In this document: positions 19,386-28,482 of the stretch, in pieces
Layout of the letters: each line of letters begins with the position of its first letter
Position numbering within the stretch: the stretch's first letter is position 1
Origin: Gammaproteobacteria bacterium
GTDB taxonomy: Bacteria > Pseudomonadota > Gammaproteobacteria > SZUA-229
Assembly: GCA_029880105.1 (NCBI GenBank)
Contig: JAOUPA010000003.1
Location: forward strand, 1-39,258
DNA: 39,258 nucleotides
Direction of reading: 5' to 3'
Notes under the pieces: model-generated
What the model saw: only the letters and a program-made list of their open reading frames with translations
The model's database searches: none
Told to the model about the DNA's origin: nothing
Program-made: the position numbers and the translations under genes

Positions 19386-21161
19386 ATGAACATGGTGACA
19401 TCAATGATTCTGCGGCGCATGCGCACGCCGTTTTTATTATTGATTAGTGTTTATGCCATCGCCATTCTCGGCATGGTACTCATTCCTGGCGTTGATGATC
19501 AGGGCAATGCCTGGCGCATGAGCTTTTTCCACGCCTTTTATTTTGTCAGCTTCACCGCAACAACTATTGGCTTTGGCGAAATACCCTATGCGCTCACTGA
19601 TGCACAACGTCTATGGGCGCTGGTCACCGTATATTCAACCGTCATTGCCTGGTTTTATGCCCTCGGTAAAATTCTAGGCCTCATTCAGGACAAGGCCTTC
19701 AAACAGGCTGTTACCCAGCATAGATTTAAAAGAGATATCCAGAAATTACATCAGCCCTTTTACCTGATATGCGGTTTTGGTGAAACCGGCAATGCCATGG
19801 TCAACTCACTCACGGAAGAGCACTACAGGACCGTGGTTGTTGAATACGATGAAGAAAACTTAAACAGGCTCAATCTTAATGAACTCAAGGAATATGTCCC
19901 TAGCATCGCAGGTGATGCCTCAGAGCCACACATCCTGGAACTGGCAGGTATTCGTCACCCCATGTGCCAGGGAGTTATTGCAGTCACCGCGTCCGACGAA
20001 ACCAACCTGAAAATCGCCATCACCAGTAAATTACTGCACCCTGATATCAAGGTTGCCTGTAGATCTGAATTTAAGGATATCGAAGAAAATATGCTGTCAT
20101 TCGGTACAGACCAGGTCGTCAATCCTTATGAGACCTTTGCCGAAATATTTGGCATGCTGACCCATTCAACCTCATTGCACCTTATTAATGACTGGCTCAC
20201 CGGCGCACCTAACACCAGGCTCAGCGACCCCGTATACCTGACTGAAGGCCCATGGATACTCTGTGGCTATGGCCGTTTTGGCCGCGAGCTATATAAACAT
20301 CTTCAGTCAAAAAATATATCGACCGTTGTTATCGACCCCAATAAATCCCTGAAAGAAGAATTTGATTTAAATGAGGATGAGAACAGATTTATTATTGGCA
20401 CCGGCACCGACCAGAAAACATTGATGCAGGCCGGCATACAATCTGCCGCGGGACTCATCGCCGGCTCTGACAACGACTCCAACAACCTCTCCATTATTAT
20501 GACGGCACTTGAAATCAATGAAAAAGTTTTCTGCATCGCCAGGCAGAACAAATGGAACAACCATATCCTGTACCACTCACTCGAAGACCAGCATAAGTCA
20601 GCCGACAACCCAATTAATTTTTTAATCATGCACCCGCGCGAAATTATCGCCAGAAAAATTCGCACCTTCTTTCTCACTCCCCTGCTGGATAGATTTTTGG
20701 GCATTGCGCGTCAACAGAGCTGTGAATGGTCAAACATCATGATCAGCCGTCTAAGCGCCATCGTCGGTGATTCCAGGCCGCATGTGTGGTCTGCAACCAT
20801 CAACAAAAAAACAGCCCCGGCTGTAACCCAGTCATTAAGATATGGTCGAATAATCACCATATCTCACCTGACGCAAGATCCCGGCGACCGTAATGCAAAA
20901 CTACGCTGTGTGCCACTACTGTTAATTCGTGAAGGACAGGAAATTCTGCTGCCTGATGACGACCTTGAGATTAAAATTGGTGACGAACTACTGTTCTGCG
21001 GTACGCATCAGGTAAAAGATAATATGCACTGGACACTCAGGGTTATGCGCAGCCTGAACTATGTAATGAGCTTTCGAGATGAACCAGAATCTTATATCTG
21101 GCGGCTTTACTATCATTATCGTAATACTTCGGAGCGCCGAAAAAGAACTCGAAAAAAATGA
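19386..21161 (+). CDS. Potassium channel family protein: 2-TM pore plus two RCK (TrkA-N) domains and a TrkA-C-like end
   Basis: TM1, pore helix FHAFYFVSFTA, filter TTIGFG (19560-19577), TM2, and Rossmann motifs ICGFGETG and LCGYGRFG. Confidence 0.9.
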   Translation: MNMVTSMILRRMRTPFLLLISVYAIAILGMVLIPGVDDQGNAWRMSFFHAFYFVSFTATTIGFGEIPYALTDAQRLWALVTVYSTVIAWFYALGKILGLIQDKAFKQAVTQHRFKRDIQKLHQPFYLICGFGETGNAMVNSLTEEHYRTVVVEYDEENLNRLNLNELKEYVPSIAGDASEPHILELAGIRHPMCQGVIAVTASDETNLKIAITSKLLHPDIKVACRSEFKDIEENMLSFGTDQVVNPYETFAEIFGMLTHSTSLHLINDWLTGAPNTRLSDPVYLTEGPWILCGYGRFGRELYKHLQSKNISTVVIDPNKSLKEEFDLNEDENRFIIGTGTDQKTLMQAGIQSAAGLIAGSDNDSNNLSIIMTALEINEKVFCIARQNKWNNHILYHSLEDQHKSADNPINFLIMHPREIIARKIRTFFLTPLLDRFLGIARQQSCEWSNIMISRLSAIVGDSRPHVWSATINKKTAPAVTQSLRYGRIITISHLTQDPGDRNAKLRCVPLLLIREGQEILLPDDDLEIKIGDELLFCGTHQVKDNMHWTLRVMRSLNYVMSFRDEPESYIWRLYYHYRNTSERRKRTRKK

Positions 21162-21230
21162 GCGACGTTGCTAATTTCACAGGAAAAATGCAATAGAACT
21201 GAAATCAATGTAATATTCGCACCTATTCAC

Positions 21231-21307
21231 GCCCCGGTAGCTCAGCAGGATAGAGCATCCCCCTCCTAAGGGGAAGGTCACACGTTCGAATCGTGTTCGG
21301 GGCGCCA
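21231..21307 (+). tRNA. tRNA-Arg (anticodon CCT)
   Basis: 77-nt cloverleaf: acceptor GCCCCGG/TCGGGGC, D-arm GCTC..GAGC, anticodon stem TCCCC/GGGGA with loop CT-CCT-AA, T-arm ACACG-TTCGAAT-CGTGT, discriminator G and encoded CCA. Confidence 0.97.
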
Positions 21308-21345
21308 CTTATTCAACCATTTTCACTACATTTAGGAATATCATC

Positions 21346-21846
21346 ATGTCTAAAACTGTCATTCTTGAGACCTCCAAAGGCAATATCACCATCGAACTCA
21401 ACGATGAGAAAGCACCAACAACGGTGGCAAATTTCCTGAAATACGTCAACGATGAGTTTTATAACGGCACTATTTTTCACCGCGTTATTCCAAATTTTAT
21501 GATCCAGGGTGGCGGCTTCATGCCCGGCATGGTACAGAAAATGACCGAAAACCCCATCGACAACGAAGCCAACAACGGCCTGTCCAATGTGCGTGGTAGC
21601 ATCGCGATGGCAAGAACCAATGACCCACACTCGGCAACCGCGCAGTTCTTTATTAACCACAAAGATAACGGGTTCCTTGATCACACAGCACCTACCGGCC
21701 AGGGCTGGGGTTACTGCGTATTTGGCATGGTCACCGACGGTATTGATGTGGTTGATCAGATCGCTGGTGTTAGTACTGGTAACCGTGGCGGCCACGGCGA
21801 TGTGCCTAATGAAGACGTCGTTATAGTAAAGGCATCCGAAGCATAA
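21346..21846 (+). CDS. ppiB: Cyclophilin-type peptidyl-prolyl cis-trans isomerase B
   Basis: [31 protein letters not shown] and WGYCVFG motifs; no signal peptide; adjacent to lpxH. Confidence 0.95.
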   Translation: MSKTVILETSKGNITIELNDEKAPTTVANFLKYVNDEFYNGTIFHRVIPNFMIQGGGFMPGMVQKMTENPIDNEANNGLSNVRGSIAMARTNDPHSATAQFFINHKDNGFLDHTAPTGQGWGYCVFGMVTDGIDVVDQIAGVSTGNRGGHGDVPNEDVVIVKASEA

Positions 21847-21852
21847 CGACAC

Positions 21853-22578
21853 ATGCGTGAATGGCTGTTCATCTCTGACACACATCTCACACCAGATAGA
21901 CCAGATGTTATCCGGCTTTTTGTGCGATTTGTTGATGAGGTAGCTATTCACGCTGATCGGCTCTACATCCTCGGCGATTTTCTCGAATACTGGCTGGGCG
22001 ATGATGACAGCGCAGAGGGCCTGGAACCGGTATTTCAGGCGCTGAAAATGCTCGACAATGGCGGTGTAAATGTCTTCTTTATGGCGGGCAACCGTGACTT
22101 CCTGGTTGGCCATGCGCTCGCTGATAAATGTGGATTTAGCATTATCGAAGAGCCCTATATGCTTGAAATTAATGGCAAGAAGACATTACTGCTACATGGC
22201 GACACGCTATGCACCGATGATATCGAATACCAGAAATTTCGAACCATGGTAAGAAACCGGAAATGGCAACAGCAGATACTGGCAAGGCCACTACGAGAAC
22301 GAGAACAACTCGCACACTCAATGCGCCAGCAAAGTGAGCAGGCCAATGCCGAAAAAGATTACCAGATCATGGACGTAAACCAGGACTCAGTAATCCAGAC
22401 CATGAAAAAATATTCAGTGCAGCTATTGATCCACGGCCATACACACCGCCCTGCCATTCATGACTTCAACATTAATGGACAGCCCGCCAAACGCATTGTT
22501 TTGAGCGACTGGCACAATAAAGGCAGCTACGTAAAAATTAATGAAAGTAGCGAACCAGAGCTGGTCGAATTCAGCTAA
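21853..22578 (+). CDS. lpxH: UDP-2,3-diacylglucosamine diphosphatase
   Basis: ISDTH, LGDFLEYWLGDD, GNRDFL, HGDTLCTDD and IHGHTHRP motifs. Confidence 0.97.
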   Translation: MREWLFISDTHLTPDRPDVIRLFVRFVDEVAIHADRLYILGDFLEYWLGDDDSAEGLEPVFQALKMLDNGGVNVFFMAGNRDFLVGHALADKCGFSIIEEPYMLEINGKKTLLLHGDTLCTDDIEYQKFRTMVRNRKWQQQILARPLREREQLAHSMRQQSEQANAEKDYQIMDVNQDSVIQTMKKYSVQLLIHGHTHRPAIHDFNINGQPAKRIVLSDWHNKGSYVKINESSEPELVEFS

Positions 22579-23083
22579 TCAATCCAGCGAATAGTAACGA
22601 TAGTTTTGTTCTATCTGAAACTTTTCAGGTTTAACCTTAGTTTTTTTATACGACATCAGCAGACGAGTTTTGCCATTGCTCTACCACTCCTAAATCGGTA
22701 GGCCTTTATAATAACCACCTTAATTAAACACCTAATCATAAAGAAAACAGGCTGTCTTATATTCTTCAGGCGCTTATTTCATAAACGCGACTGTTGCACT
22801 GCCAGTATTTTGGTATGCGACCAGCGTACAGCCCTTCAGCCAGCTTTATATCCTGGCAGATTTGCTTATTCTTGGCGTTAGTAACAGCACGGTAATTGTA
22901 AATAGACTGACGATTAATTTTAGGCACATCGAGAATGGCGAAATATTCATACGAACTCAAGTTACTGAAATCCGGTCATTGATAATCAGTTTAATTCATC
23001 GCCATGACAGACTGGTTATAATGCGAGACACTATAAATAGCCTGCTGACTACGATCAAAAATCAGGAATTTCTATTTATTCAT
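22579..23083 (-). pseudogene. Decayed gene relic (about 165 codons, at least 7 in-frame stops and 1 frameshift)
   Basis: Read-through gives protein-like text: KFLIFDRSQQAIYSVSHYNQSV..DVPKINRQSIYNYR..ICQDIKLAEGL, then PEEYKTACFLYD*VFN*GGYYKGLPI*EW*SNGKTRLLMSYKK..FQIEQNYRYYSLD*. The final TGA (22581-22579) abuts the lpxH stop. It contains the 64-aa track ORF 22766-22960. Confidence 0.6.
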
Positions 23084-23092
23084 CGCAGTTAA

Positions 23093-23926
23093 TTATCTCG
23101 TATGTCGATTTCTTGATGCTAGGTCAATCAACTCTTGTTTAGAAAATCCTGCCCGAATTCTTATCTCCTGATTTAATGAATCGAATATTGATTCTTCCAT
23201 ATATTCATCCAGTAATTTATGGAATGTTAGCCTAGGATCGAGTGATCTCTGACGACACAACTCCTTAAACCAATAGTTACCCCGTTCAACATGTCCAATC
23301 TCGTCTCTTTGAATAATATTAAGAATATCAACGACATCGGTCTCACCAATATGCTCGAATTTACTGATCATTCCAGGCGTCACATCGAGTCCCCGGGCCT
23401 CCAGGACACGTGGAACCAGTGCCATTCTTACTAGAACATCGTGATCCGTTTTAACCGCCATTTCCCACAGGCCATTGTGTGAGTCATACGCACCATAATA
23501 AGAGCCCCTGGATTTTAAATAGTCTTCCAGTAGCGAGAAGTGCAGCACCTCTTCGACTGCGATATTCAACCAGTCTGTATAGAATTGCCTAGGCAGGCCT
23601 CTGAATCGATAGACCGCATCAAGCGCGAGATTAATAGCATTAAATTCGATATGGGTGATCGCATGTACCAGTTTTAGACGTGCGGACTCTGAATTAAAAC
23701 CCCTTCTGGGCACCTCTCGCGGATTAACCAGGCGAGGCAGCCCTGGCCTACCAGGCACAGCAATACGCAGGGCATCGGATACTGATTCATCCGGTAGGCG
23801 CACACTATCCGATGTTGCCAGCCAACGATTATTCAACTCACGTACTGCCTTAATTTTTTCCTGAGGATCAGATAAAAGCAGGCAATTCAGAGCAGCAGAA
23901 AACACATAGATAGATTCACTAGTCAT
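23093..23926 (-). CDS. Ferritin-like di-iron domain protein, DUF455 family
   Basis: PGRP..P, HAITHIEFNAINLALD, EEVLHF, VLEARGLD and DEIGHV..G..WF motifs. Confidence 0.9.
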   Translation of the reverse strand: MTSESIYVFSAALNCLLLSDPQEKIKAVRELNNRWLATSDSVRLPDESVSDALRIAVPGRPGLPRLVNPREVPRRGFNSESARLKLVHAITHIEFNAINLALDAVYRFRGLPRQFYTDWLNIAVEEVLHFSLLEDYLKSRGSYYGAYDSHNGLWEMAVKTDHDVLVRMALVPRVLEARGLDVTPGMISKFEHIGETDVVDILNIIQRDEIGHVERGNYWFKELCRQRSLDPRLTFHKLLDEYMEESIFDSLNQEIRIRAGFSKQELIDLASRNRHTR

Positions 23927-23952
23927 AATGGCTAGTCTACCAATTAGTACAC

Positions 23953-23980
23953 AAAAAAAGACCTGCCAGGCAGGTCTTTT
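23953..23980 (-). terminator. Rho-independent terminator after the comEA-like gene, potentially bidirectional
   Basis: AAAAGACCTGC-CAG-GCAGGTCTTTT inverted repeat, with a T7 tract on the minus strand and T4 on the plus strand. Confidence 0.85.
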
Positions 23981-24004
23981 CTGTAACAGTCAAAACAGTG
24001 AATC

Positions 24005-24265
24005 TTATTCAGTCACTATATTTGCTGCATTTTTTGCGATGATGCTTTCTCCGATACCCTTTATATTGCTCAGTTCCTCAGCGGATTTAAAAGGCCCATT
24101 TGCTTCCCGATAAGCAACAATGGCTTCCGCTTTTTTCTCACCAATACCGGTCAACCCGGCCGCAAGCGTGGCCGCATCGGCGGTATTGATATTAACGGGT
24201 TCGGCAAATACAGCTGTAGAAAAGGTTAAAAAGAATGAAAGTACTAGGGATGGGATGATTTTCAT
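24005..24265 (-). CDS. comEA: ComEA/YbaV-like periplasmic helix-hairpin-helix DNA-binding protein
   Basis: Signal peptide followed by VNINTAD..L.GIGEKKA.AIVAYRE.NGPF..EEL..IKGIG; GGAGG RBS. Confidence 0.9.
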   Translation of the reverse strand: MKIIPSLVLSFFLTFSTAVFAEPVNINTADAATLAAGLTGIGEKKAEAIVAYREANGPFKSAEELSNIKGIGESIIAKNAANIVTE

Positions 24266-24301
24266 CGTAACGCCTCCATGTGTTAATTGATAAGAGACTA
24301 C

Positions 24302-24330
24302 ACGCTATCACAGCTTTTTTTCTTATGCAA
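24302..24330 (-). promoter_or_regulatory. Putative sigma70 promoter of the comEA-like gene
   Basis: Minus strand TTGCAT, 17-nt spacer ending TGa, then TAGCGT. Confidence 0.4.
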
Positions 24331-24344
24331 TCGTTTTTTTCTGA

Positions 24345-25031
24345 CTAAATCTGAGCATTAATTTCACAAAGAACCGCGACAGGGTCATCTACCTGAGTAA
24401 CTGGACGGCCTATCACCAAATAATCAGAACCATGCTCAATGGCCCGTTTTGGCGTCATAATACGATTCTGGTCATCTGCAGCTGCACTTTCTGGTCGAAT
24501 ACCTGGGGTCACCAGCACAAAACCTTCACCACAGTGTTTTTTAAGCATGGACGTCTCCTGAGCAGAGCACACAACGCCATCCAACCCGGCCATTTTAGCC
24601 ATCGTAGCAAGGCGTTTGACAAATTCGGCTGGAGACTGGGATACACCAAGATCACTGAGCTCCTTCTCACCGCTACTGGTTAGCAGCGTGACTGCGATCA
24701 ACAGCGGCGCATCATCGTCTGAAAGTACGTCACGGGCAGCCTGCATCATTGCTATACCACCCATGCTATGCACATTCACCATCCAGACACCCAGTTCAGC
24801 AGCAGCCTCACAGGCCCTGGCAACAGTATTGGGGATATCGTGAAATTTCAGGTCAAGAAACACATCAAAACCAGATGCCACCATGTCTTTGACCAGTGAG
24901 GGGCCGCTTCGGGTAAATAGCTCCTTACCTACTTTCAAACGACATAGAGAAGGGTCTAGCTTTTCCACCAGTTGCATGGCGGCTTTAGCACCTGGGAAAT
25001 CAAGCGCCACGATCACTTTTGGGTTATTCAT
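24345..25031 (-). CDS. pyrF: Orotidine-5'-phosphate decarboxylase
   Basis: [32 protein letters not shown] and VIGRP motifs. Confidence 0.98.
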   Translation of the reverse strand: MNNPKVIVALDFPGAKAAMQLVEKLDPSLCRLKVGKELFTRSGPSLVKDMVASGFDVFLDLKFHDIPNTVARACEAAAELGVWMVNVHSMGGIAMMQAARDVLSDDDAPLLIAVTLLTSSGEKELSDLGVSQSPAEFVKRLATMAKMAGLDGVVCSAQETSMLKKHCGEGFVLVTPGIRPESAAADDQNRIMTPKRAIEHGSDYLVIGRPVTQVDDPVAVLCEINAQI

Positions 25032-26207
25032 TTATGCCGCTTCTATCATTGTTGGCTTAACTTCGGCCCAGCTCTGGCAACTGGGACATAGCCAGTAAAG
25101 TGTATTGGACTGGAATCCACAGTGGTGACACTGGTATGTAGCTGTATCCTGTTCCATTTTAACCAGCGCCGTTTTCAAATCCTGTAGTAAACCAAGCTCA
25201 CCGATATCAGCCTGGTTTGTTTTGTAATTAATCAGCGAATGCATACCTTTGAGATTTGGATATTTTCTTAACCTGTCGGTCAGATATTCAATAGCTGCAT
25301 CCCTGCTCTGATATTGCTCAATGACCATGGCATGCTTTTCAATGATCGCCAGTGACTGATGCCTGGACTCGACCTCTGCGAGGTACTGCAATAGCCTGGC
25401 TGAACCGCCAATGCAGTGATAGCACTCAATAAGCCTGTCGAGCACAACAGGAAAAAATTCAGCATCACGTTTTTCAATGAGCTCAAAATGCTGTATTGCC
25501 TGCTTATAATTTCTGACTTCCATTTCATGGTCAGCCAGAAGAATCAGGGCTCGAACTGAGCCGCCATCATAACTCAACGCCTGCCTGGCGTTTTGTTCAA
25601 CCATACCAGTTTCACCCTTGGATTTTGCTATGTCTGCCAGCTCACAATAGTACTGGGAGATCATTGGGCCAATACCGGGCATCTTCTGTTTAAACAGGTC
25701 AATGCCTACATTAATGGCTTTCTGCCAGTCTTTCTCCTGCTGATATATCAGGATCAGGTTTCTTTTGGCTTCTTCGGACCTGGCATCATGAATCAACACT
25801 TCCTTAAATAGGCCCTCTGCCCGGTCAAACCAGCCGGCTGCTAGGTAATCGTAACCCAGTTCAAGCAACACCATGCTGCGATATTGTTCTGGTAAGGAAG
25901 GTCTGGCAATGAGGCCTTGATGAATTTTTATCGCTTTATCAATCTCACCATTTTTCCGGAATATTTTCGCAAGTGCAAAGTGGGTATCGACCAGTTCCCA
26001 GTCAGTTTCGACCAGCTTGACGAAGATATCGAGCGCCTTGCTGTGCTCATCATTTAGTAGGTAATTAAGCCCGGTAAAATACTCTGGCGGTAGGCGCCGA
26101 GGGCCGTTTTTTGTATTAACGCGTCGACGTCTGGCAATCCAGAGCAACAGCAATAACAGGAGTGGAACAAATAAAATCCACGTTGACATTTCAGACAATT
26201 CGATCAC
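25032..26207 (-). CDS. lapB: LPS assembly/regulatory protein B (TPR repeats plus rubredoxin domain)
   Basis: N-terminal TM, YFTGLNYLL, FRKNGEIDKAIKIHQ.L and C-terminal CHHCGF..WLCPSC..W. Start may be ATG 26189. Confidence 0.93.
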   Translation of the reverse strand: MIELSEMSTWILFVPLLLLLLLWIARRRRVNTKNGPRRLPPEYFTGLNYLLNDEHSKALDIFVKLVETDWELVDTHFALAKIFRKNGEIDKAIKIHQGLIARPSLPEQYRSMVLLELGYDYLAAGWFDRAEGLFKEVLIHDARSEEAKRNLILIYQQEKDWQKAINVGIDLFKQKMPGIGPMISQYYCELADIAKSKGETGMVEQNARQALSYDGGSVRALILLADHEMEVRNYKQAIQHFELIEKRDAEFFPVVLDRLIECYHCIGGSARLLQYLAEVESRHQSLAIIEKHAMVIEQYQSRDAAIEYLTDRLRKYPNLKGMHSLINYKTNQADIGELGLLQDLKTALVKMEQDTATYQCHHCGFQSNTLYWLCPSCQSWAEVKPTMIEAA

Positions 26208-26273
26208 AACGAGATTCTCTGGTTAATTATCGATTGTTAATATCGAGACAATCGGCTCAGAATCAGATATCAA

Positions 26274-26299
26274 TAACTGTATCCAGATTGATACAGTTA
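26274..26299. terminator. Perfect 10-bp inverted repeat after ihfB, probable weak terminator or stabilising hairpin
   Basis: TAACTGTATC-CAGATT-GATACAGTTA, 16 nt downstream of the ihfB stop; poor U-tract. Confidence 0.45.
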
Positions 26300-26315
26300 C
26301 GATATTCATTACATA

Positions 26316-26636
26316 TTAGCCTTTCTTGAGAGAGTCATTGACACGCTCTCTAAGCTCTTTTCCTGGCTTGAAATGGGGTACATGCTTGCCCGGCAAAGAA
26401 ACCGAATCACCTGTCTTAGGATTTCTACCAGATCTGGGTGGTCGGAAGTGCAATGAGAAGCTACCAAAGCCGCGAATTTCTATCCTTTCGCCACTCGATA
26501 GCGCATTACTCATCTGACTCAGAAGGCATTTAACAGCCAGTTCTACATCCCTGTAGGCAAGATGTGTTTGCTTGCGTGAGATCCGTTCGATCAATTCAGA
26601 CTTCATCATTGACTTGTCTAGTGATTCTTCAGTCAT
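26316..26636 (-). CDS. ihfB: Integration host factor subunit beta
   Basis: [30 protein letters not shown] and [13 protein letters not shown] motifs; follows rpsA. Alternative start ATG 26609. Confidence 0.97.
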   Translation of the reverse strand: MTEESLDKSMMKSELIERISRKQTHLAYRDVELAVKCLLSQMSNALSSGERIEIRGFGSFSLHFRPPRSGRNPKTGDSVSLPGKHVPHFKPGKELRERVNDSLKKG

Positions 26637-26695
26637 TGTTTCTTGAAACCTTCCTCGATTAACTGCCTTAATTCAACTATATGTAGCAGCAAAAA

Positions 26696-28372
26696 TTACT
26701 TTTTGCCAGCTTCCATCTGCTCTTTTAGTAAATCACCCAAAGTAGTTGATGCTGTTTCCTGTGACTTGGAATAATCCTTCATCGCCTCAGTTTCATCATC
26801 ATAGTCTTTAGCTTTCACTGAAAGATTCAAGGCGCGGCTCTTACGATCAACACCTATCAGTTTTGCCTCTACTTCGTCACCAACTTTCAGCACAGTGCTG
26901 GCATCTTCAACGCGATCACGAGACAGCTCAGAGGCACGCAACGAGCCTTCTACGCCATTACCCAGATCGATGATGGCACCCTTCGCATCAACGGAGATAA
27001 CTTTACCTTTTACGATAGCGCCTTTCTTGTATTCACCCATAAAGGTTGAAACAGGATCCTGCTCCATCTGCTTAATACCCAGCGAAATACGCTCACGCTC
27101 AGGGTCAATAGACAGAACAACGGCTTCGATGGTATCACCTTTCTTATAGTCACGAATGGCTTCAACACCATCAACATCCCAGGAGACATCAGACATGTGC
27201 ACCAGACCATCGATATCACCATTCAGGCCAACAAACACACCGAAATCAGTGATTGATTTGATAACGCCAGTGACCTTGTCTCCCTTGTTATGCGTTGCTG
27301 AGAACTCATCCCATGGATTCGGTTTACACTGTTTCATACCCAGTGAAATACGGCGACGTTCAGGATCGATATCCAGAATCATCACTTCAACTTCGTCACC
27401 CAGTGTGACTACATTGCCAGGACTGACGTTCTTGTTGGTCCAGTCCATTTCAGAAACGTGAACCAGGCCTTCAACACCATCTTCAATTTCAACAAAACAG
27501 CCGTAATCAGTGATATTGCTAACTTTACCGAACAGACGCGAACCTTCTGGGTAGCGACGAGCAATTTCTGCCCATGGATCCTCGCCCAGCTGTTTCAGAC
27601 CCAGTGATACACGTGTTTTATCCTTGTCGTACTTAAGAACAACCACTTCGATTTCATCACCCACGTCAACAATTTCAGAAGGATGACGAACGCGCTTCCA
27701 GGCCATGTCAGTAATGTGCAACAGGCCATCAATACCACCCAGATCAAGGAATGCACCGTAATCAGTAAGGTTCTTAACAACACCTTTGATAACTTTGCCT
27801 TCTTCGATACCTTCCAGCAACTGCTCACGCTCTGCGCTGTATTCGGTTTCAACAACAGCACGGCGTGAAACAACAACGTTATTGCGCTTCTGATCCAGCT
27901 TGATAACTTTAAATTCAAGCTCTTTACCTTCAAGATAAGAGGTATCACGAACAGGACGTACATCAACCAGTGAACCAGGCAGGAACGCACGAATATCGCC
28001 CAGCTCAACAGTGAAGCCGCCTTTAACGCGACCAGTAATAAGTCCAGTGATAATTTCTCCAGCTTCGAAAGAAGTTTCCAGAGATTTCCATGCCCTAGCA
28101 CGCTTTGCTTTCTCACGTGACAGACGTGTTTCACCAAAGCCATCTTCAACGGCCTCGAGAACCACTTCGACATCATCGCCAATAGCTACTTCCAGCTCAC
28201 CAGCGAGATTATAAAACTGACTTTCAGGGATAACACCCTCAGATTTCAGCCCGGCAGCAACAGTTACGTAACCGTCATGAATATCAACAACGGAACCCAT
28301 CACAACAGTACCTGCTGTCATCTCAGTATGAGATAGGCTTTCTTCAAATAATTGAGCAAAATTTTCAGACAT
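26696..28372 (-). CDS. rpsA: 30S ribosomal protein S1
   Basis: 558 aa with six S1 repeats; [31 protein letters not shown] and [11 protein letters not shown] motifs. Confidence 0.99.
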   Translation of the reverse strand: MSENFAQLFEESLSHTEMTAGTVVMGSVVDIHDGYVTVAAGLKSEGVIPESQFYNLAGELEVAIGDDVEVVLEAVEDGFGETRLSREKAKRARAWKSLETSFEAGEIITGLITGRVKGGFTVELGDIRAFLPGSLVDVRPVRDTSYLEGKELEFKVIKLDQKRNNVVVSRRAVVETEYSAEREQLLEGIEEGKVIKGVVKNLTDYGAFLDLGGIDGLLHITDMAWKRVRHPSEIVDVGDEIEVVVLKYDKDKTRVSLGLKQLGEDPWAEIARRYPEGSRLFGKVSNITDYGCFVEIEDGVEGLVHVSEMDWTNKNVSPGNVVTLGDEVEVMILDIDPERRRISLGMKQCKPNPWDEFSATHNKGDKVTGVIKSITDFGVFVGLNGDIDGLVHMSDVSWDVDGVEAIRDYKKGDTIEAVVLSIDPERERISLGIKQMEQDPVSTFMGEYKKGAIVKGKVISVDAKGAIIDLGNGVEGSLRASELSRDRVEDASTVLKVGDEVEAKLIGVDRKSRALNLSVKAKDYDDETEAMKDYSKSQETASTTLGDLLKEQMEAGKK

Positions 28373-28482
28373 AATATTTAGATTGTATGTGTATCCACCC
28401 TATAGGACTCAGCGGTAGATAGACTAGGTTGTAGTTAAACAAAAGGTCTGCGGAATATCCCCAGACCACCATTTTCAAACTT
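28373..28482 (-). promoter_or_regulatory. Probable rpsA structured leader without a Shine-Dalgarno sequence
   Basis: A/T-rich stretch with no SD before the ATG. Hairpin GGTCTG-CGGA-ATA-TCCC-CAGACC at 28445-28467. Consistent with gammaproteobacterial S1 autoregulatory leaders. Confidence 0.5.

Noticed and set aside
21231-21346. Genomic island at tRNA-Arg
   Set aside because: No integrase, no duplicated tRNA 3' end seen in the window, and core genes follow immediately.
21313-22113. 266-aa antisense ORF over ppiB and lpxH
   Set aside because: Shadow frame of two well-conserved genes; no recognisable motif.
22611-22676. Minus-strand AGGAG plus MAKLVC-TGA-CRIKK as a possible selenopeptide
   Set aside because: No SECIS-like hairpin follows the TGA, and the region is better explained as part of the decayed gene in another frame.
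22862-23092. 76-aa plus-strand ORF
   Set aside because: TTG start with no RBS; it is the antisense shadow of the minus-strand gene relic.
26277-26296. Possible LexA (SOS) box CTGT...ACAG
   Set aside because: Spacing is CTG-N14-CAG, not the CTG-N10-CAG required in Gammaproteobacteria.
27595-28182. 195-aa alternative-frame ORF within rpsA
   Set aside because: Leu/Lys/Val-rich off-frame reading produced by codon bias in a highly expressed gene.
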